A DNA stretch of 32,000 nt from Candidatus Nitrospira inopinata (GTDB taxonomy: Bacteria; Nitrospirota; Nitrospiria; Nitrospirales; Nitrospiraceae), in the NCBI RefSeq assembly GCF_001458695.1, contig NZ_LN885086.1, positions 210,001 through 242,000 of the forward strand, in the 5' to 3' direction. A program made the translations under genes and the position numbers. Positions 1 through 10,551 of the stretch are shown here, in pieces. The notes beneath the pieces were generated by a model. That model did not search any database. It saw nothing but the letters and a program-made list of their open reading frames with translations, and was not told the DNA's origin. Numbering within the stretch: the stretch's first letter is position 1; the number at the start of each line of letters is the position of its first letter.

Positions 1-1244
<1,244 letters not shown>

Positions 1245-1278
1245 GACGTCTTCCTCTCTTGGATTACGGGGTTGTCGA

Positions 1279-3525
1279 TCAGTTCAACGCATTGAGCGCC
1301 GAACCGGCCTTGAACCACTCGATCTGCTGCCCGGTCATACTGTGGTTCGCCTGGATGGTATACGTTTGTCCATCCGCCTTGTGTACGGTCACCGTCACCG
1401 GCTTGCCGGGCGCCAACTCCCGTAGCCCCGTCACGCTGATGCGGTCCTGCTGCTCGATCTTCTCGTAATCCTTCGGGTCGGCGAAGGTCAACGCCAAGAT
1501 CCCCTGCTTCTTCAAGTTGGTCTCGTGAATACGAGCGAAACTTTTCGCGATGACGACCCGCACGTTCAGAAACCGCGGCGACATGGCGGCATGCTCGCGA
1601 CTGCTGCCCTCGCCGTAGTTCTCGTCGCCCACAACGACCGATCCAATCCCCTTGGCCTTGTAATCCCTGGCGATCTGCGCGATGGTGAGATTGGACTCAC
1701 CGGTCAGCACGTTGGTTCCCTTCCCCGGCTCAGAGGAAAAGGCGTTGTTGGCCCCCAGGAACATGTTGTCGCTGATCCTATCCAAATGGCCGCGAAACTT
1801 GAGCCAAGGCCCGGCCGGCGAAATGTGATCGGTCGTGGTCTTCCCCTTAGTCTTGATCAGGAGCGGGAGTTTTTCGAAATCCTTTCCATCCCACTTGGGG
1901 AAGGGCTGCAAAAGCTGAAGCCGCTCGCTGGTCGGAGGAATATCCACGGTCAGCGCGTCACCGTTCTCGGCCGGCGGAACATAACCTTCCTCGCCCTTTG
2001 CGAACCCCTTCGCCGGCAGCTCCTCTCCCACCGGAGGTTCAAGCATGAACTCCGTGCCGTCCGCCCCCTTGATCGGTTGACCGAGCGGATTGAATCGAAG
2101 ATCCCCCGTGATGGCAAAGGCGGTCACGATTTCAGGACTCGCCAGAAACGAGAGCGTTTCGTTGATACCGTCGTTGCGACCGGGGAAATTCCTGTTAAAG
2201 GAACTGACGATCGAGTCCGCCCTTCCCTTGACGCCGTCCGCGCGCTTCCATTGGCCGATACAGGGGCCGCAGGAATTCGAGAGGACGGTCCCGCCGAGTT
2301 GCTCAAACGTGTCGAGGAAGCCGTCCCGCTTCATCGTATGGTAAATGCGCTCGGACCCCGGCGAGATCAGGAACGAGGTCTTCGCCTTCACCCCCGCTTT
2401 CAACGCCTGCCGCGCCACGTGAGCCGAGCGACTGATGTCCTCATAGGAGGAGTTCGTGCAACTGCCGATCAACGCCGCTTTCAATTCCACCGGGTACTTC
2501 TTCTCTTCGGCCTCGGCGGCAAGCTTCGAGATGGGGCGGGCCAAATCCGGCGTGTGGGGACCGACGACGTGTGGTTCCAGCTTGGATAAGTCGATCTCGA
2601 CGATCTGGTCATAGTATTTTTCCGGAGATTGATACACTTCCGGATCCGCGACAAGATGCTCCCTGTTCGCCGTTGCGAGATTCGCCAAGTCCGTCCGGTC
2701 CGTCACCTTCATGTAGTCGACCATTTTCTGATCGAAGGGAAAGACGGACGTGGTCGCGCCCAACTCCGCGCCCATGTTGCAGATCGTTCCCTTGCCGGTC
2801 GCGCTGATCGTTTCGGCCCCGGGGCCGAAATACTCGACGATCTTGTTGGTGCCGCCCTTGACCGTCAGGAGGCCGCAGAGGTACAGAATGACGTCCTTCG
2901 GCGACGCCCACCCGCTCAACCGCCCGGTGAGCCGCACTCCGATCAACTTGGGATGGAGCACCTCCCAAGGCAGGCCGGCCATGACTTCGCCCGCGTCCGC
3001 TCCGCCCACTCCGATCGCCAACATGCCCAACCCGCCGCCGTTCGGCGTGTGCGAGTCGGTGCCGATGATCAGGCCGCCGGGAAACGCATAATTTTCCAGC
3101 ACGACTTGGTGAATGATGCCGGCGCCCGGCTTCCAAAACCCGATGCCGTACTTTTTCGCCGCCGACGCAAGAAAATTGTAGACTTCCCTGTTTTCATCCA
3201 TCGCGCGGAGCAGGTCTTTCTCGGACCCCATCTCGGCGCGGATCAAATGGTCGCAGTGAATCGTGCTGGGCACCGCCGCTTTTTTCTTGCCCGCCTGCAT
3301 GAACTGGAGCATCGCCATCTGCGCCGTCGCGTCCTGCATCGCCACGCGATCCGGGCGCAACGCCAGCATCGCCTTGCCCCGTTCCCACTGCTGGGTCTCG
3401 AAGTCGTCCGCGTGGGACACGAGAATTTTTTCAGCCAACGTCAGGCTCCTGCCGAATTTCTTCCTGGCCTTGGTCAACACATCGGGCATCTTGGCGTAGA
3501 GCTTCTTCGCAAGCTCAAGTGACAT
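1279..3525 (-). CDS. acn: Aconitate hydratase, short (~748 aa) mitochondrial-type
   Basis: The track ORF is 1279..3555. I prefer ATG 3525 ([10 protein letters not shown]) because GAGGAG lies 6 nt upstream. Motifs seen: [36 protein letters not shown] (Fe-S ligand cysteines). The length fits mitochondrial-type aconitase rather than ~890-aa AcnA or AcnB. Confidence 0.9.
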   Translation of the reverse strand: MSLELAKKLYAKMPDVLTKARKKFGRSLTLAEKILVSHADDFETQQWERGKAMLALRPDRVAMQDATAQMAMLQFMQAGKKKAAVPSTIHCDHLIRAEMGSEKDLLRAMDENREVYNFLASAAKKYGIGFWKPGAGIIHQVVLENYAFPGGLIIGTDSHTPNGGGLGMLAIGVGGADAGEVMAGLPWEVLHPKLIGVRLTGRLSGWASPKDVILYLCGLLTVKGGTNKIVEYFGPGAETISATGKGTICNMGAELGATTSVFPFDQKMVDYMKVTDRTDLANLATANREHLVADPEVYQSPEKYYDQIVEIDLSKLEPHVVGPHTPDLARPISKLAAEAEEKKYPVELKAALIGSCTNSSYEDISRSAHVARQALKAGVKAKTSFLISPGSERIYHTMKRDGFLDTFEQLGGTVLSNSCGPCIGQWKRADGVKGRADSIVSSFNRNFPGRNDGINETLSFLASPEIVTAFAITGDLRFNPLGQPIKGADGTEFMLEPPVGEELPAKGFAKGEEGYVPPAENGDALTVDIPPTSERLQLLQPFPKWDGKDFEKLPLLIKTKGKTTTDHISPAGPWLKFRGHLDRISDNMFLGANNAFSSEPGKGTNVLTGESNLTIAQIARDYKAKGIGSVVVGDENYGEGSSREHAAMSPRFLNVRVVIAKSFARIHETNLKKQGILALTFADPKDYEKIEQQDRISVTGLRELAPGKPVTVTVHKADGQTYTIQANHSMTGQQIEWFKAGSALNALN

Positions 3526-3624
3526 CGGTTTCTCCTCACAAGCGGGCTGGGACACGGTGACGGGAACAGAAGAGGGACTCTCTCTTGTCGCGCCTCCGTC
3601 TACAGCCTCCGGGTAAAGCGGTGT

Positions 3625-3655
3625 CTCCCGCCGCGATTCAAAGAGCGGCGGGAGC
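3625..3655 (-). terminator. GC-rich hairpin between aclA and acn (possible attenuator or weak terminator)
   Basis: 10-bp inverted repeat ctcccgccgc (3625-3634) / gcggcgggag (3646-3655) with an 11-nt loop. Only a short T tract follows on the minus strand. Confidence 0.3.
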
Positions 3656-3663
3656 CTCCGCGG

Positions 3664-5484
3664 TTATTTCAACGGCGGCACTTCCCGCCGCTTCGGCGCG
3701 GCATAATTCACCAAGTAATCGAACAGCCTGATCAAACGGCTATCCTGACGCTTTTGATCGACCCAGTGACCGATCAAACCGATCGTGCGAGACAGGATGA
3801 AGAACCCGTTCAAACTGTCGACCGGGAACCCCAAATCAACCAACACCGCCGCCATCGTTCCGTCGACGTTTAGAATCAGATTGTCTTTCTTCGCCGCCGT
3901 CACCTGTTCAACCTGCAACGCAAAATCGAGGCACGGCGTATTGATCTTCAAGCTCTTCACGTAGGCGACCAGTTCCTTCACGCGCTTGTCCGGATTGCGG
4001 AGACTCTTCACACGATGACCGATGCCGGGAACGGGCCCCACGTTCTTTTTCATGTAGGCCAGGAACTCGTCCACGCTCATTTTGTTGTCCACCGCGTACT
4101 TGAACCAACGCCCGGCATCGGTCACCGCCCCGCCGAAACGGGGACCGATCATGATCAGGCCGGCCGCCACCGCTTGCGACAAGCCGATCCCAGCACAGGC
4201 GGCCAGAATCGTCGCGTACGCGCCGCTGACGCAGGGTCCGTGATCGGCGGACAGCATGATGATCCGCTTGATGATCTCCGCTTCCTGCTTCGAGATCAAC
4301 CGCTTGTCCCACAACAGACCGATGACGTGGGGAATTTCATACCCTTTATTGATAAGCTCCGAGGCCGGATAGCCGTCATAGCAAGGCTCGTCGCCGCGAT
4401 CGTCGCTGATGGTGGTGCGGATCAACGGCGTCACGATCACCTCGTCCGCCTTCATCGCCTCTTCGACAGTCTTGGGAAGTTTCGGCAGGCTGGCCGGTTC
4501 AACGACTTCCTTGACCTGCCCGGACTTGAGCAACTCCTGGTAGACCTCTTTAATGGCCGGCCCCAATGCTCCGAACGTCGGCGGAACGATCGCGCCCGCC
4601 CGCTGAAGCGCCTCCGACTTGGAGCGAGCCGACCCCTCGCCTTTCATCCCTTCCTTGGCGCCCGCATGGCCGAACTTCATGCCCTTGGGCAAACTTTCCT
4701 GACAGAACCCCGAGACGACGCCGATCAGCTTGATGCGGCGCTTTTTAGCGCCGTACCATTCGGCCGCGCGCTCTTCGAGGTCTCCCCCCATTTCACCCAC
4801 GATGACGACCGCCTTCGTTTGCGGATCGTTCTCGAACATTTCGAGATAAGTGACGTAATCGGTGCCAGGATAGGCGTCGCCGCCGATCCCGATGGCGGTT
4901 GTGATGCCGTCCGCGAACTGGGAACAGATCCAGATGATTTCGTTTGAGAGGCCGCCAGATTTGGTGATGACGCCGAAAGACCCTTCGCGATACAGCTTGG
5001 AAAGCACCAGATTGTCGAACGCCCCTCCGATCACGCCCAACCGACACGCGCCGGCGGAGATGATCCCGATGGACGACGGCCCGTTGAACACCTTGCCCAA
5101 TTTGCGCGCGTGAGCCCCCAAGAGCTTCGCGTCCTTCTCCGGAACTCCCTCGGTAATCATCGAGACCAGGTGAATCCGTGGATCGTCGAGCGCCTCCATG
5201 CCGGCCTTCATCGCGCGATCGGCGCCGATGTACACCAGACTGGTATTGATCGTCGGATGATGCTTGGTGGCTTCGGCGATGGTCGCATAGACGGGAACCG
5301 CAATGAGGCCGCTGCCGTAGGGAATCTCGTTGGTCTTGCCGGCGTCGGGCGGATAGACGAACGCCTCAACGTTGAGGGGACGCTTGATCAGGTAACAGAA
5401 CTCGGCCATTCGACGGGCCGCGTTGACGCCGGCCTGGCCGCCTTGAATCACCACACGGGTGTCTTTGTTTGCCAGAATGCTCAT
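3664..5484 (-). CDS. aclA: ATP-citrate lyase alpha (large) subunit
   Basis: 606 aa. The N-terminal half resembles succinyl-CoA-synthetase alpha, with the phosphohistidine loop KFGHAGA. The C-terminal half is citrate-synthase-like (PGIGHRVKS, DGTMAAVLVDLG). SD GAGGAG lies 6 nt upstream of the ATG. Size and layout match Chlorobium AclA. Confidence 0.9.
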   Translation of the reverse strand: MSILANKDTRVVIQGGQAGVNAARRMAEFCYLIKRPLNVEAFVYPPDAGKTNEIPYGSGLIAVPVYATIAEATKHHPTINTSLVYIGADRAMKAGMEALDDPRIHLVSMITEGVPEKDAKLLGAHARKLGKVFNGPSSIGIISAGACRLGVIGGAFDNLVLSKLYREGSFGVITKSGGLSNEIIWICSQFADGITTAIGIGGDAYPGTDYVTYLEMFENDPQTKAVVIVGEMGGDLEERAAEWYGAKKRRIKLIGVVSGFCQESLPKGMKFGHAGAKEGMKGEGSARSKSEALQRAGAIVPPTFGALGPAIKEVYQELLKSGQVKEVVEPASLPKLPKTVEEAMKADEVIVTPLIRTTISDDRGDEPCYDGYPASELINKGYEIPHVIGLLWDKRLISKQEAEIIKRIIMLSADHGPCVSGAYATILAACAGIGLSQAVAAGLIMIGPRFGGAVTDAGRWFKYAVDNKMSVDEFLAYMKKNVGPVPGIGHRVKSLRNPDKRVKELVAYVKSLKINTPCLDFALQVEQVTAAKKDNLILNVDGTMAAVLVDLGFPVDSLNGFFILSRTIGLIGHWVDQKRQDSRLIRLFDYLVNYAAPKRREVPPLK

Positions 5485-5582
5485 CAGAATCTCCTCGTGG
5501 TCTTAAAATCGATGATGCGATCAATGACGACGCGGAAAAGCGGACACGCGGCGCGAATCCATCACGCGTTAAACATGACTCG

Positions 5583-6782
5583 TCACTTTCCCGCCAACGC
5601 TTTGTCAACGATGTCCGTCAGCGGCGTGTATCGGTCGAAGACCTCGATATCAAATCCTTCGTCCTTCAGCGCGCGCATCGCGTCGAGCCCCTCTTTCTCG
5701 CGGGGGCCGCCTCGACGCACCCAAATTTTCACGCCCTTCAACTTTCCGTCGGCCTTGGCTTTCCGGAACCCGTTGATGATCCCGCCGAACGTTTTTTTCA
5801 CGTCGGTGAAATTCGCGATGGCGCCGCCGACGATGATGTTCTTGATTCCCGGCAACCCGCACACCTTTTCCGTGAGGGCTTCCACCGCCCAGTCGGGCGG
5901 ATCTCCGGAATACTCCGCGTAATTGGCGAGCTTGCCGCCTCGCGCCACCACGGCGTCGGAGTAATAGACGCTGGCCCCGCCGCCCGCCGGCAGCATCGCC
6001 GTGTCTCCTCCCGGAATTTCGATGAACTTGACCGAGCCTTTGATCTTGCCGTCTATGGCCATGATGTCCAATTCATTCTTCGTGTAGGCTCGGCCGAACT
6101 CCGCGGCGAATTGGAAATTCCAGTCGGGATGGCGGAACTTGGCGTCCGCGTCGAGCAGTGTCACCGCGTCCAACGCGACCAATTCTCCGTCGCTTTCTCT
6201 GGCGACGACGGGATTCACCTCAAGATACTGGGCGTCTTCATTGTCAAAACAGGCGAACAGCTTTCCGGCGAAATCGGCCATCCGCTTCACCAACGGACCC
6301 GTAAATCCCGCCTCCTTCACCACCTTCTCCAGAGCCTCAAGGGCTGGCTGTTGACCCACTTCGACCGGGAGCCGCTTGACTCGATCCCAATTCGACTCCA
6401 CTTCGATGCCGCCGCAATTGGCGACCAGGATCTCGTTCCCTTCCCGGACGGACTTGACCGCGCAGTAATATTCTTCTTTATGGGGGATCATTTCGGAAAC
6501 GATGACTTGCGACACCGTGATACTGCCGACCTGGCGTCCCACCATCTCTTTCACGGCGGAAACGGCGCCGTCCAGATCCAGGCCCACCTTGACCAACCCA
6601 AGCTTAAATCGAGAGCCCAGCGCCTCGTGGGCTTTCGCGACCAACTTTGAATGTTTCAACCAGTCGTTGACCTGCCCCAACTTGACCAGTTCTTCCGCGG
6701 ACGTGACGACAACGTAGTTGGGAACGTGAATGCCCCACTTTTTCATCAGCCCCATTCCCGGGCCTTCCAAGACCTTGGCCAT
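5583..6782 (-). CDS. aclB: ATP-citrate lyase beta (small, ATP-grasp) subunit
   Basis: 399 aa, SucC-like ATP-grasp protein, 98 nt upstream of aclA on the same strand. SD GGAG lies 7 nt upstream of the ATG. Confidence 0.9.
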   Translation of the reverse strand: MAKVLEGPGMGLMKKWGIHVPNYVVVTSAEELVKLGQVNDWLKHSKLVAKAHEALGSRFKLGLVKVGLDLDGAVSAVKEMVGRQVGSITVSQVIVSEMIPHKEEYYCAVKSVREGNEILVANCGGIEVESNWDRVKRLPVEVGQQPALEALEKVVKEAGFTGPLVKRMADFAGKLFACFDNEDAQYLEVNPVVARESDGELVALDAVTLLDADAKFRHPDWNFQFAAEFGRAYTKNELDIMAIDGKIKGSVKFIEIPGGDTAMLPAGGGASVYYSDAVVARGGKLANYAEYSGDPPDWAVEALTEKVCGLPGIKNIIVGGAIANFTDVKKTFGGIINGFRKAKADGKLKGVKIWVRRGGPREKEGLDAMRALKDEGFDIEVFDRYTPLTDIVDKALAGK

Positions 6783-6829
6783 GACTTGCTCCTTAACAAA
6801 AGGGTAACCGCCGCTGCAAAGGGAGACGG

Positions 6830-6858
6830 ATTGTAGCGAAATCCCCTGGATGACTCAA
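6830..6858 (-). promoter_or_regulatory. Sigma70-like promoter for aclB-aclA(-acn-icd)
   Basis: The minus strand reads TTGAGT (6858..6853), a 17-nt spacer, then TACAAT (6835..6830), about 45 nt upstream of the aclB ATG. Confidence 0.4.
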
Positions 6859-6938
6859 GACGCCAGAGGGACTAAATCGGCAGGATCGAAAGACCTACCC
6901 TCGATTTACAAAAGGCGAGAAATGCGCGATGTCATGAG

Positions 6939-7685
6939 CTATGTCCTGTACCGTTGATAGCGAATACCCCGTCGCGCCCCCTTCATCTGCGATTTGATCT
7001 TCCATCGCCGGGCCGCCACCGTGTCCCCTTTGGCCATAAACGTCTCGTGCTCCCCTTTTTCCGGATCAAAAAAGCCGATATAGCCTCCGGGGTTCACGCC
7101 GAAAGACCGCAAGGTCTTGCCATGATATGCGCGGCCCAGGAAATCGTTCCGCCCTCCCTTCTCCTCTCCCCCCGTAAAATACAACGGCAGCAAAAAATTC
7201 GAGACCTTCACCCCGTCGATCTCGTACGTCTCGGCTTGCACCGCGTCGCACATTTCATACCAATGGAACACCGTGCGTTTGCCGTTGGATGGATGCGGCC
7301 CCTGCACGAGGAGATTGACTTCGGAATCCCCTACCATTTCCAACGCTTCATGCGACAGGGTCACCGTCCACGCTTCACCCAATTGCTTCGCCACCTCGGT
7401 AAACACGAATCCATAGGGCACCCCTCGATTCGTGAGGTCGTGGTAGCCGAGCGCGCCATCGACGTCCATGGAATCCCATAGATACAACACCGCGTCGCCG
7501 CGCATGTCGGCGATGCTCTGCGTCGAGGGCTTCTTGCCGCCGCGCCCTTCCAACCGCAACTCCGCGCCGATATGCCAATACGGCTCGTAATCCTCGCGGA
7601 TCTGACGGTTGATCGCGCGAATCGCTTCCTGCGCGTCCTCATCCGACACCTTGCCGTTGGTATGATTGATTATCGAGATGATCAT
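6939..7685 (-). CDS. Uncharacterised 248-aa protein with a degenerate zincin-like motif and a basic C-terminal tail
   Basis: Clean ATG with a GGGAGAAG SD, 49 nt downstream of the metzincin gene on the same strand. Contains ALGYHD...TLSHEALEMVGD and the tail RRWKIKSQMKGARRGIRYQRYRT. I recognise no family. Confidence 0.7.
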   Translation of the reverse strand: MIISIINHTNGKVSDEDAQEAIRAINRQIREDYEPYWHIGAELRLEGRGGKKPSTQSIADMRGDAVLYLWDSMDVDGALGYHDLTNRGVPYGFVFTEVAKQLGEAWTVTLSHEALEMVGDSEVNLLVQGPHPSNGKRTVFHWYEMCDAVQAETYEIDGVKVSNFLLPLYFTGGEEKGGRNDFLGRAYHGKTLRSFGVNPGGYIGFFDPEKGEHETFMAKGDTVAARRWKIKSQMKGARRGIRYQRYRT

Positions 7686-7734
7686 GGTCGCTGCTTCTCC
7701 CTAATGCGGCCCCGCCGGAGGGCGGGCGGCGCCA

Positions 7735-8763
7735 TCACAATTTCCGCACCTTGACCGAGTACTTCCCGGTCCCGGACTGGCGGCTGTAGTGGCGGACCTG
7801 CACAAAATAGTCGCCTTTGACGAGGTCGGCCGCGATTCGGGCGTTCAGATCGAGACCGGAATCGTCATCCTCCGCGATCAGCGCCGTCTCGCTGTTCGGC
7901 CCGAACAACTTCATCACGACGTCCGTCGGTCCCAGGGTATCGATCACGTACCGCCCATCGGTCGTGGCCGTAAACCGATAGAGATCCTCTTCTCCGGGCT
8001 TTCCGATCGCCGCCTGTGTGCGCTTTTTGGCGTTGACGATCAGTTCGACGGCGTTCGACACAGTTCCACCCGTCTTCGGATACATTTTCGCTCCGGCCAC
8101 GAACGCCTTATCCATCGCCGACAAGACCTCGTTCGCCTTGGTGCCGATGCCGTTGAGCGTCCAGGACGCGGGGAAGAAGTACAGCATGATGGAGTCGGGG
8201 TCGAACTTGGTCCCATTGATCTGATCCGCGCTGTACTTACGGAGAATATTGTGGCGCGTCGTCGCCTCGTCCCAGAAATTCGGCGCTTTCGCGGCCTCGC
8301 GAATCACCACCTGCTCGTTCCACTGAATCCCTCCCGCCGGGTTTTGGTGCTCGTGAGCCAATCCGATCGCATGACCGAATTCATGGGCCGCCGTGCCACC
8401 GTCCAGAAACCCCAGATTCATCGTCGGCTGATCGAGAGGGATGTTTCGGCAATCCGTTCCGACGTACGACCAGGCTCCGTCGCGACGATCGAAAGCAATC
8501 CGAATTTCGGCATTCGGGGCATTGTTGAACTCGAATTTCAAATTGGCCACGGCCGCCCACCAGCCCGCTTGTTCCTTGGCCACCCCCTGCTCCGTAGGCG
8601 TGCCTCCCATGAAGCGCACTCGGAGCGTCGAGCCGTTCATCCACGTCTTCCCGATCGGCGCGATGGCACGCCTGATGCCGCTCTTCGTCGGCTTCGTCAT
8701 CTGAAAGCGCATCAGATCCTTGGGCAATATTCTGTCGATGCACACTTTGGGACGTTCAGCCAT
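7735..8763 (-). CDS. Astacin-like (M12A-type) zinc metalloprotease with a C-terminal PPC-like domain and no signal peptide
   Basis: HEFGHAIGLAHEH matches HExxHxxGxxHE. A SIMLY Met-turn with Tyr lies downstream. The C-terminal ~90 aa (EEDLYRFTA...GDYFVQVRHYSRQSGTGKYSVKV) resembles a bacterial pre-peptidase C-terminal domain. SD AAGGAG is present. The N-terminus MAERPKVCIDRILPKDLMRF lacks a hydrophobic leader. Confidence 0.8.
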   Translation of the reverse strand: MAERPKVCIDRILPKDLMRFQMTKPTKSGIRRAIAPIGKTWMNGSTLRVRFMGGTPTEQGVAKEQAGWWAAVANLKFEFNNAPNAEIRIAFDRRDGAWSYVGTDCRNIPLDQPTMNLGFLDGGTAAHEFGHAIGLAHEHQNPAGGIQWNEQVVIREAAKAPNFWDEATTRHNILRKYSADQINGTKFDPDSIMLYFFPASWTLNGIGTKANEVLSAMDKAFVAGAKMYPKTGGTVSNAVELIVNAKKRTQAAIGKPGEEDLYRFTATTDGRYVIDTLGPTDVVMKLFGPNSETALIAEDDDSGLDLNARIAADLVKGDYFVQVRHYSRQSGTGKYSVKVRKL

Positions 8764-8825
8764 AGCCGATTCTCCTTTCCTCTGGACGTTGAGTTCCTGC
8801 CGACCGACGAATCAAGAGAATGTTC

Positions 8826-8894
8826 GGCACAACGTGAGCGGGCGCGCTCACGCCGTGCCCGCAGTTGTATACTCTTTTACGAAGGAGAATCCAA
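8826..8894 (-). promoter_or_regulatory. Candidate promoter plus palindromic leader/operator of the metzincin operon
   Basis: The minus strand reads TTGGAT (8894..8889), a 17-nt spacer, then TATACA (8871..8866). Just downstream is an imperfect 34-bp palindrome: ggcac-aac-gtgagcg-ggcg-cgctcac-gcc-gtgcc (8826-8859). Confidence 0.3.
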
Positions 8895-8960
8895 GCGCCT
8901 CGACAGAACAAAAGCCGTCATGAGCGAGCCTTTCGACATCCGCTCTTGAAAATCTTGCCG

Positions 8961-9024
8961 GCAAAAAGGGACGGCTCGCTGCCTGATGAGATGATCGGCT
9001 CTTCTTCGAAGAAGAGCGAGCCGT
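8961..9024 (-). terminator. Second hairpin plus T5 downstream of mutM (nested palindromes)
   Basis: 10-bp arms acggctcgct (8971-8980) / agcgagccgt (9015-9024). On the minus strand these are followed by cccTTTTTgc (8970..8961). The arms enclose a perfect 20-bp palindrome, gctcttcttcgaagaagagc (8998-9017). Confidence 0.4.
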
Positions 9025-9054
9025 TTCCTCTCCGACGACTAGAGAGCGGGAAGC

Positions 9055-9088
9055 AAAAACCGACGAGACACGGCCGGCGCCGTCTCGT
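9055..9088 (-). terminator. Rho-independent terminator of mutM
   Basis: Stem acgagac (9063-9069) / gtctcgt (9082-9088) around a GC-rich loop. On the minus strand it is followed by cggTTTTTgc (9062..9053). It lies 16 nt after the mutM stop. Confidence 0.5.
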
Positions 9089-9103
9089 TTGATTCTTGGG
9101 TGA

Positions 9104-9934
9104 TTACCGAAAGCTCTGGCAGCGAGGGCAGTAGAAAGAGCTGCGCTCGCCCTTGAGACGGCGAATGACCGCGCCGCACCCGTTTGGGCAGGGTTGGCCT
9201 TCCTTCCCATAGACCAGGTGACGCCGTTTGTATCGCCCTTCCGTCCCATCGGGGGCGAAGAAGTCTCGGACGCTGGATCCCCCGCAGGCGATGGCCTCCT
9301 GCAAGACGTTCCTCATCACGTGGTAGAGCCGATCGCGTCTCAACGACGCCAGTCTGTTCGCTCGGACGTTCGGATGAAGTCCGGCCCGAAAGAGAATTTC
9401 ATTCGCATAGATGTTGCCGATTCCGGCGATCGTCTGTTGATGCATGAGAAGCGGCTTGATTCTCCCGCGCCGTGCTCCGAGCCGTTGCGCGAACTCTTGC
9501 GGAGTCGCCGAGAGCGGATCGCAGCCGAACCGACGCTCAAGATACCGATCGAGTCCGTCCCGATCGAAGAAAGAAAGGCGGCCGAACCGTCTGGGATTCC
9601 AATACCGCAGCTCGGTTTCTTTCCCTCCGGTAAAGGTCATGCGCATATGGACGTGCCGGAGATGCTTGATCTTTGCCGATGGGAAAAGCAGCAGCCCCGT
9701 CATTCCCAACTCGGCGACCACATAGCGCATCTCGCCGGCTTTTTGGAAACCCATGGCAACGCTTTTCCCGCATCGAGCGACGGAAGACAATCGTGAGTTC
9801 ACGTACCAGGCTCGGGTGGAATACCCTTCCCGCACGATGTCGGCCCGGCCGATCCACAGATCGATGACCGTGGAGTCGAGCAGGCCGTTTTGGAGCTGTT
9901 GGACGACGACTTCGGCTTCCGGCAGTTCCGGCAT
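9104..9934 (-). CDS. mutM: Formamidopyrimidine-DNA glycosylase
   Basis: The track ORF extends to 9973, but the family N-terminus MPELPEAEVV (catalytic Pro2) begins at ATG 9934. C-terminal zinc finger CPNGCG...FYCPRCQ. Confidence 0.9.
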   Translation of the reverse strand: MPELPEAEVVVQQLQNGLLDSTVIDLWIGRADIVREGYSTRAWYVNSRLSSVARCGKSVAMGFQKAGEMRYVVAELGMTGLLLFPSAKIKHLRHVHMRMTFTGGKETELRYWNPRRFGRLSFFDRDGLDRYLERRFGCDPLSATPQEFAQRLGARRGRIKPLLMHQQTIAGIGNIYANEILFRAGLHPNVRANRLASLRRDRLYHVMRNVLQEAIACGGSSVRDFFAPDGTEGRYKRRHLVYGKEGQPCPNGCGAVIRRLKGERSSFYCPRCQSFR

Positions 9935-10007
9935 GGTGCGGTCACGAAGAAAAAGAGAGAATGGAAACAACACCCTTCATACGGTCATCCACGCGCCCGT
10001 CACCGAA

Positions 10008-10436
10008 CTAGCCGGCCGGAAGAAGTCCGCCGTTCCGGCGGAGCCGTTTTAGACATTGGATGGTTTCTTCCAACTGAGGAAGCGGCATGGCGCCGGGACG
10101 CCGGGTTTTGACGAGCCGTAATACGCTGTCATAGTCCCAGCCTTCGGCGCAGCAGAGATATGCCATGACCACGGACACCGATCGGCTCATGCCGGCACGA
10201 CAACAGACCATGACCCGATTGTCGGTGATGTGCCGCTCGATCCAAGCGACGGCGTCCGCCAACTGTCGCGCCTCGACCCGGGCAAACTCTTTGAGCGGAA
10301 TCTTCCCGGTCGGCAACCAGGCGGGCAACTCAACGTCGTATTCCTCGGCCACCAAGAGCAGGGCCCCGATCTGCGCGGGCGGCGACGCGGTCTCGTAGAT
10401 ATTTCCGACAAACAGCCGCTCGGTGATTTGATACAT
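10008..10436 (-). CDS. Minimal dual-specificity (Cys-based) protein phosphatase, 142 aa
   Basis: CX5R(S/T) P-loop VMVCCRAGMSRS in a DSP-sized protein. N-terminal ITERLFVGN is typical of the DSPc fold. Confidence 0.75.
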   Translation of the reverse strand: MYQITERLFVGNIYETASPPAQIGALLLVAEEYDVELPAWLPTGKIPLKEFARVEARQLADAVAWIERHITDNRVMVCCRAGMSRSVSVVMAYLCCAEGWDYDSVLRLVKTRRPGAMPLPQLEETIQCLKRLRRNGGLLPAG

Positions 10437-10551
10437 CCGGATTCAGTACAACGGGGAAGTCGGAGCCGTCAAGACTCACCGCTCCGGCGCAGTTGCGGTT
10501 TCGTCGAGACACCGGCTATACTCGGTGCATGCTCGTACATGATCGGAGAAA

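Noticed and set aside
8983-8990. ctgatgag on the plus strand next to hairpins, resembling the CUGAUGA core of a hammerhead ribozyme.
   Set aside because: No GAAA box and no properly placed stem II/III or cleavage-site context follows. The flanking helices fit simple terminator hairpins on the other strand instead.
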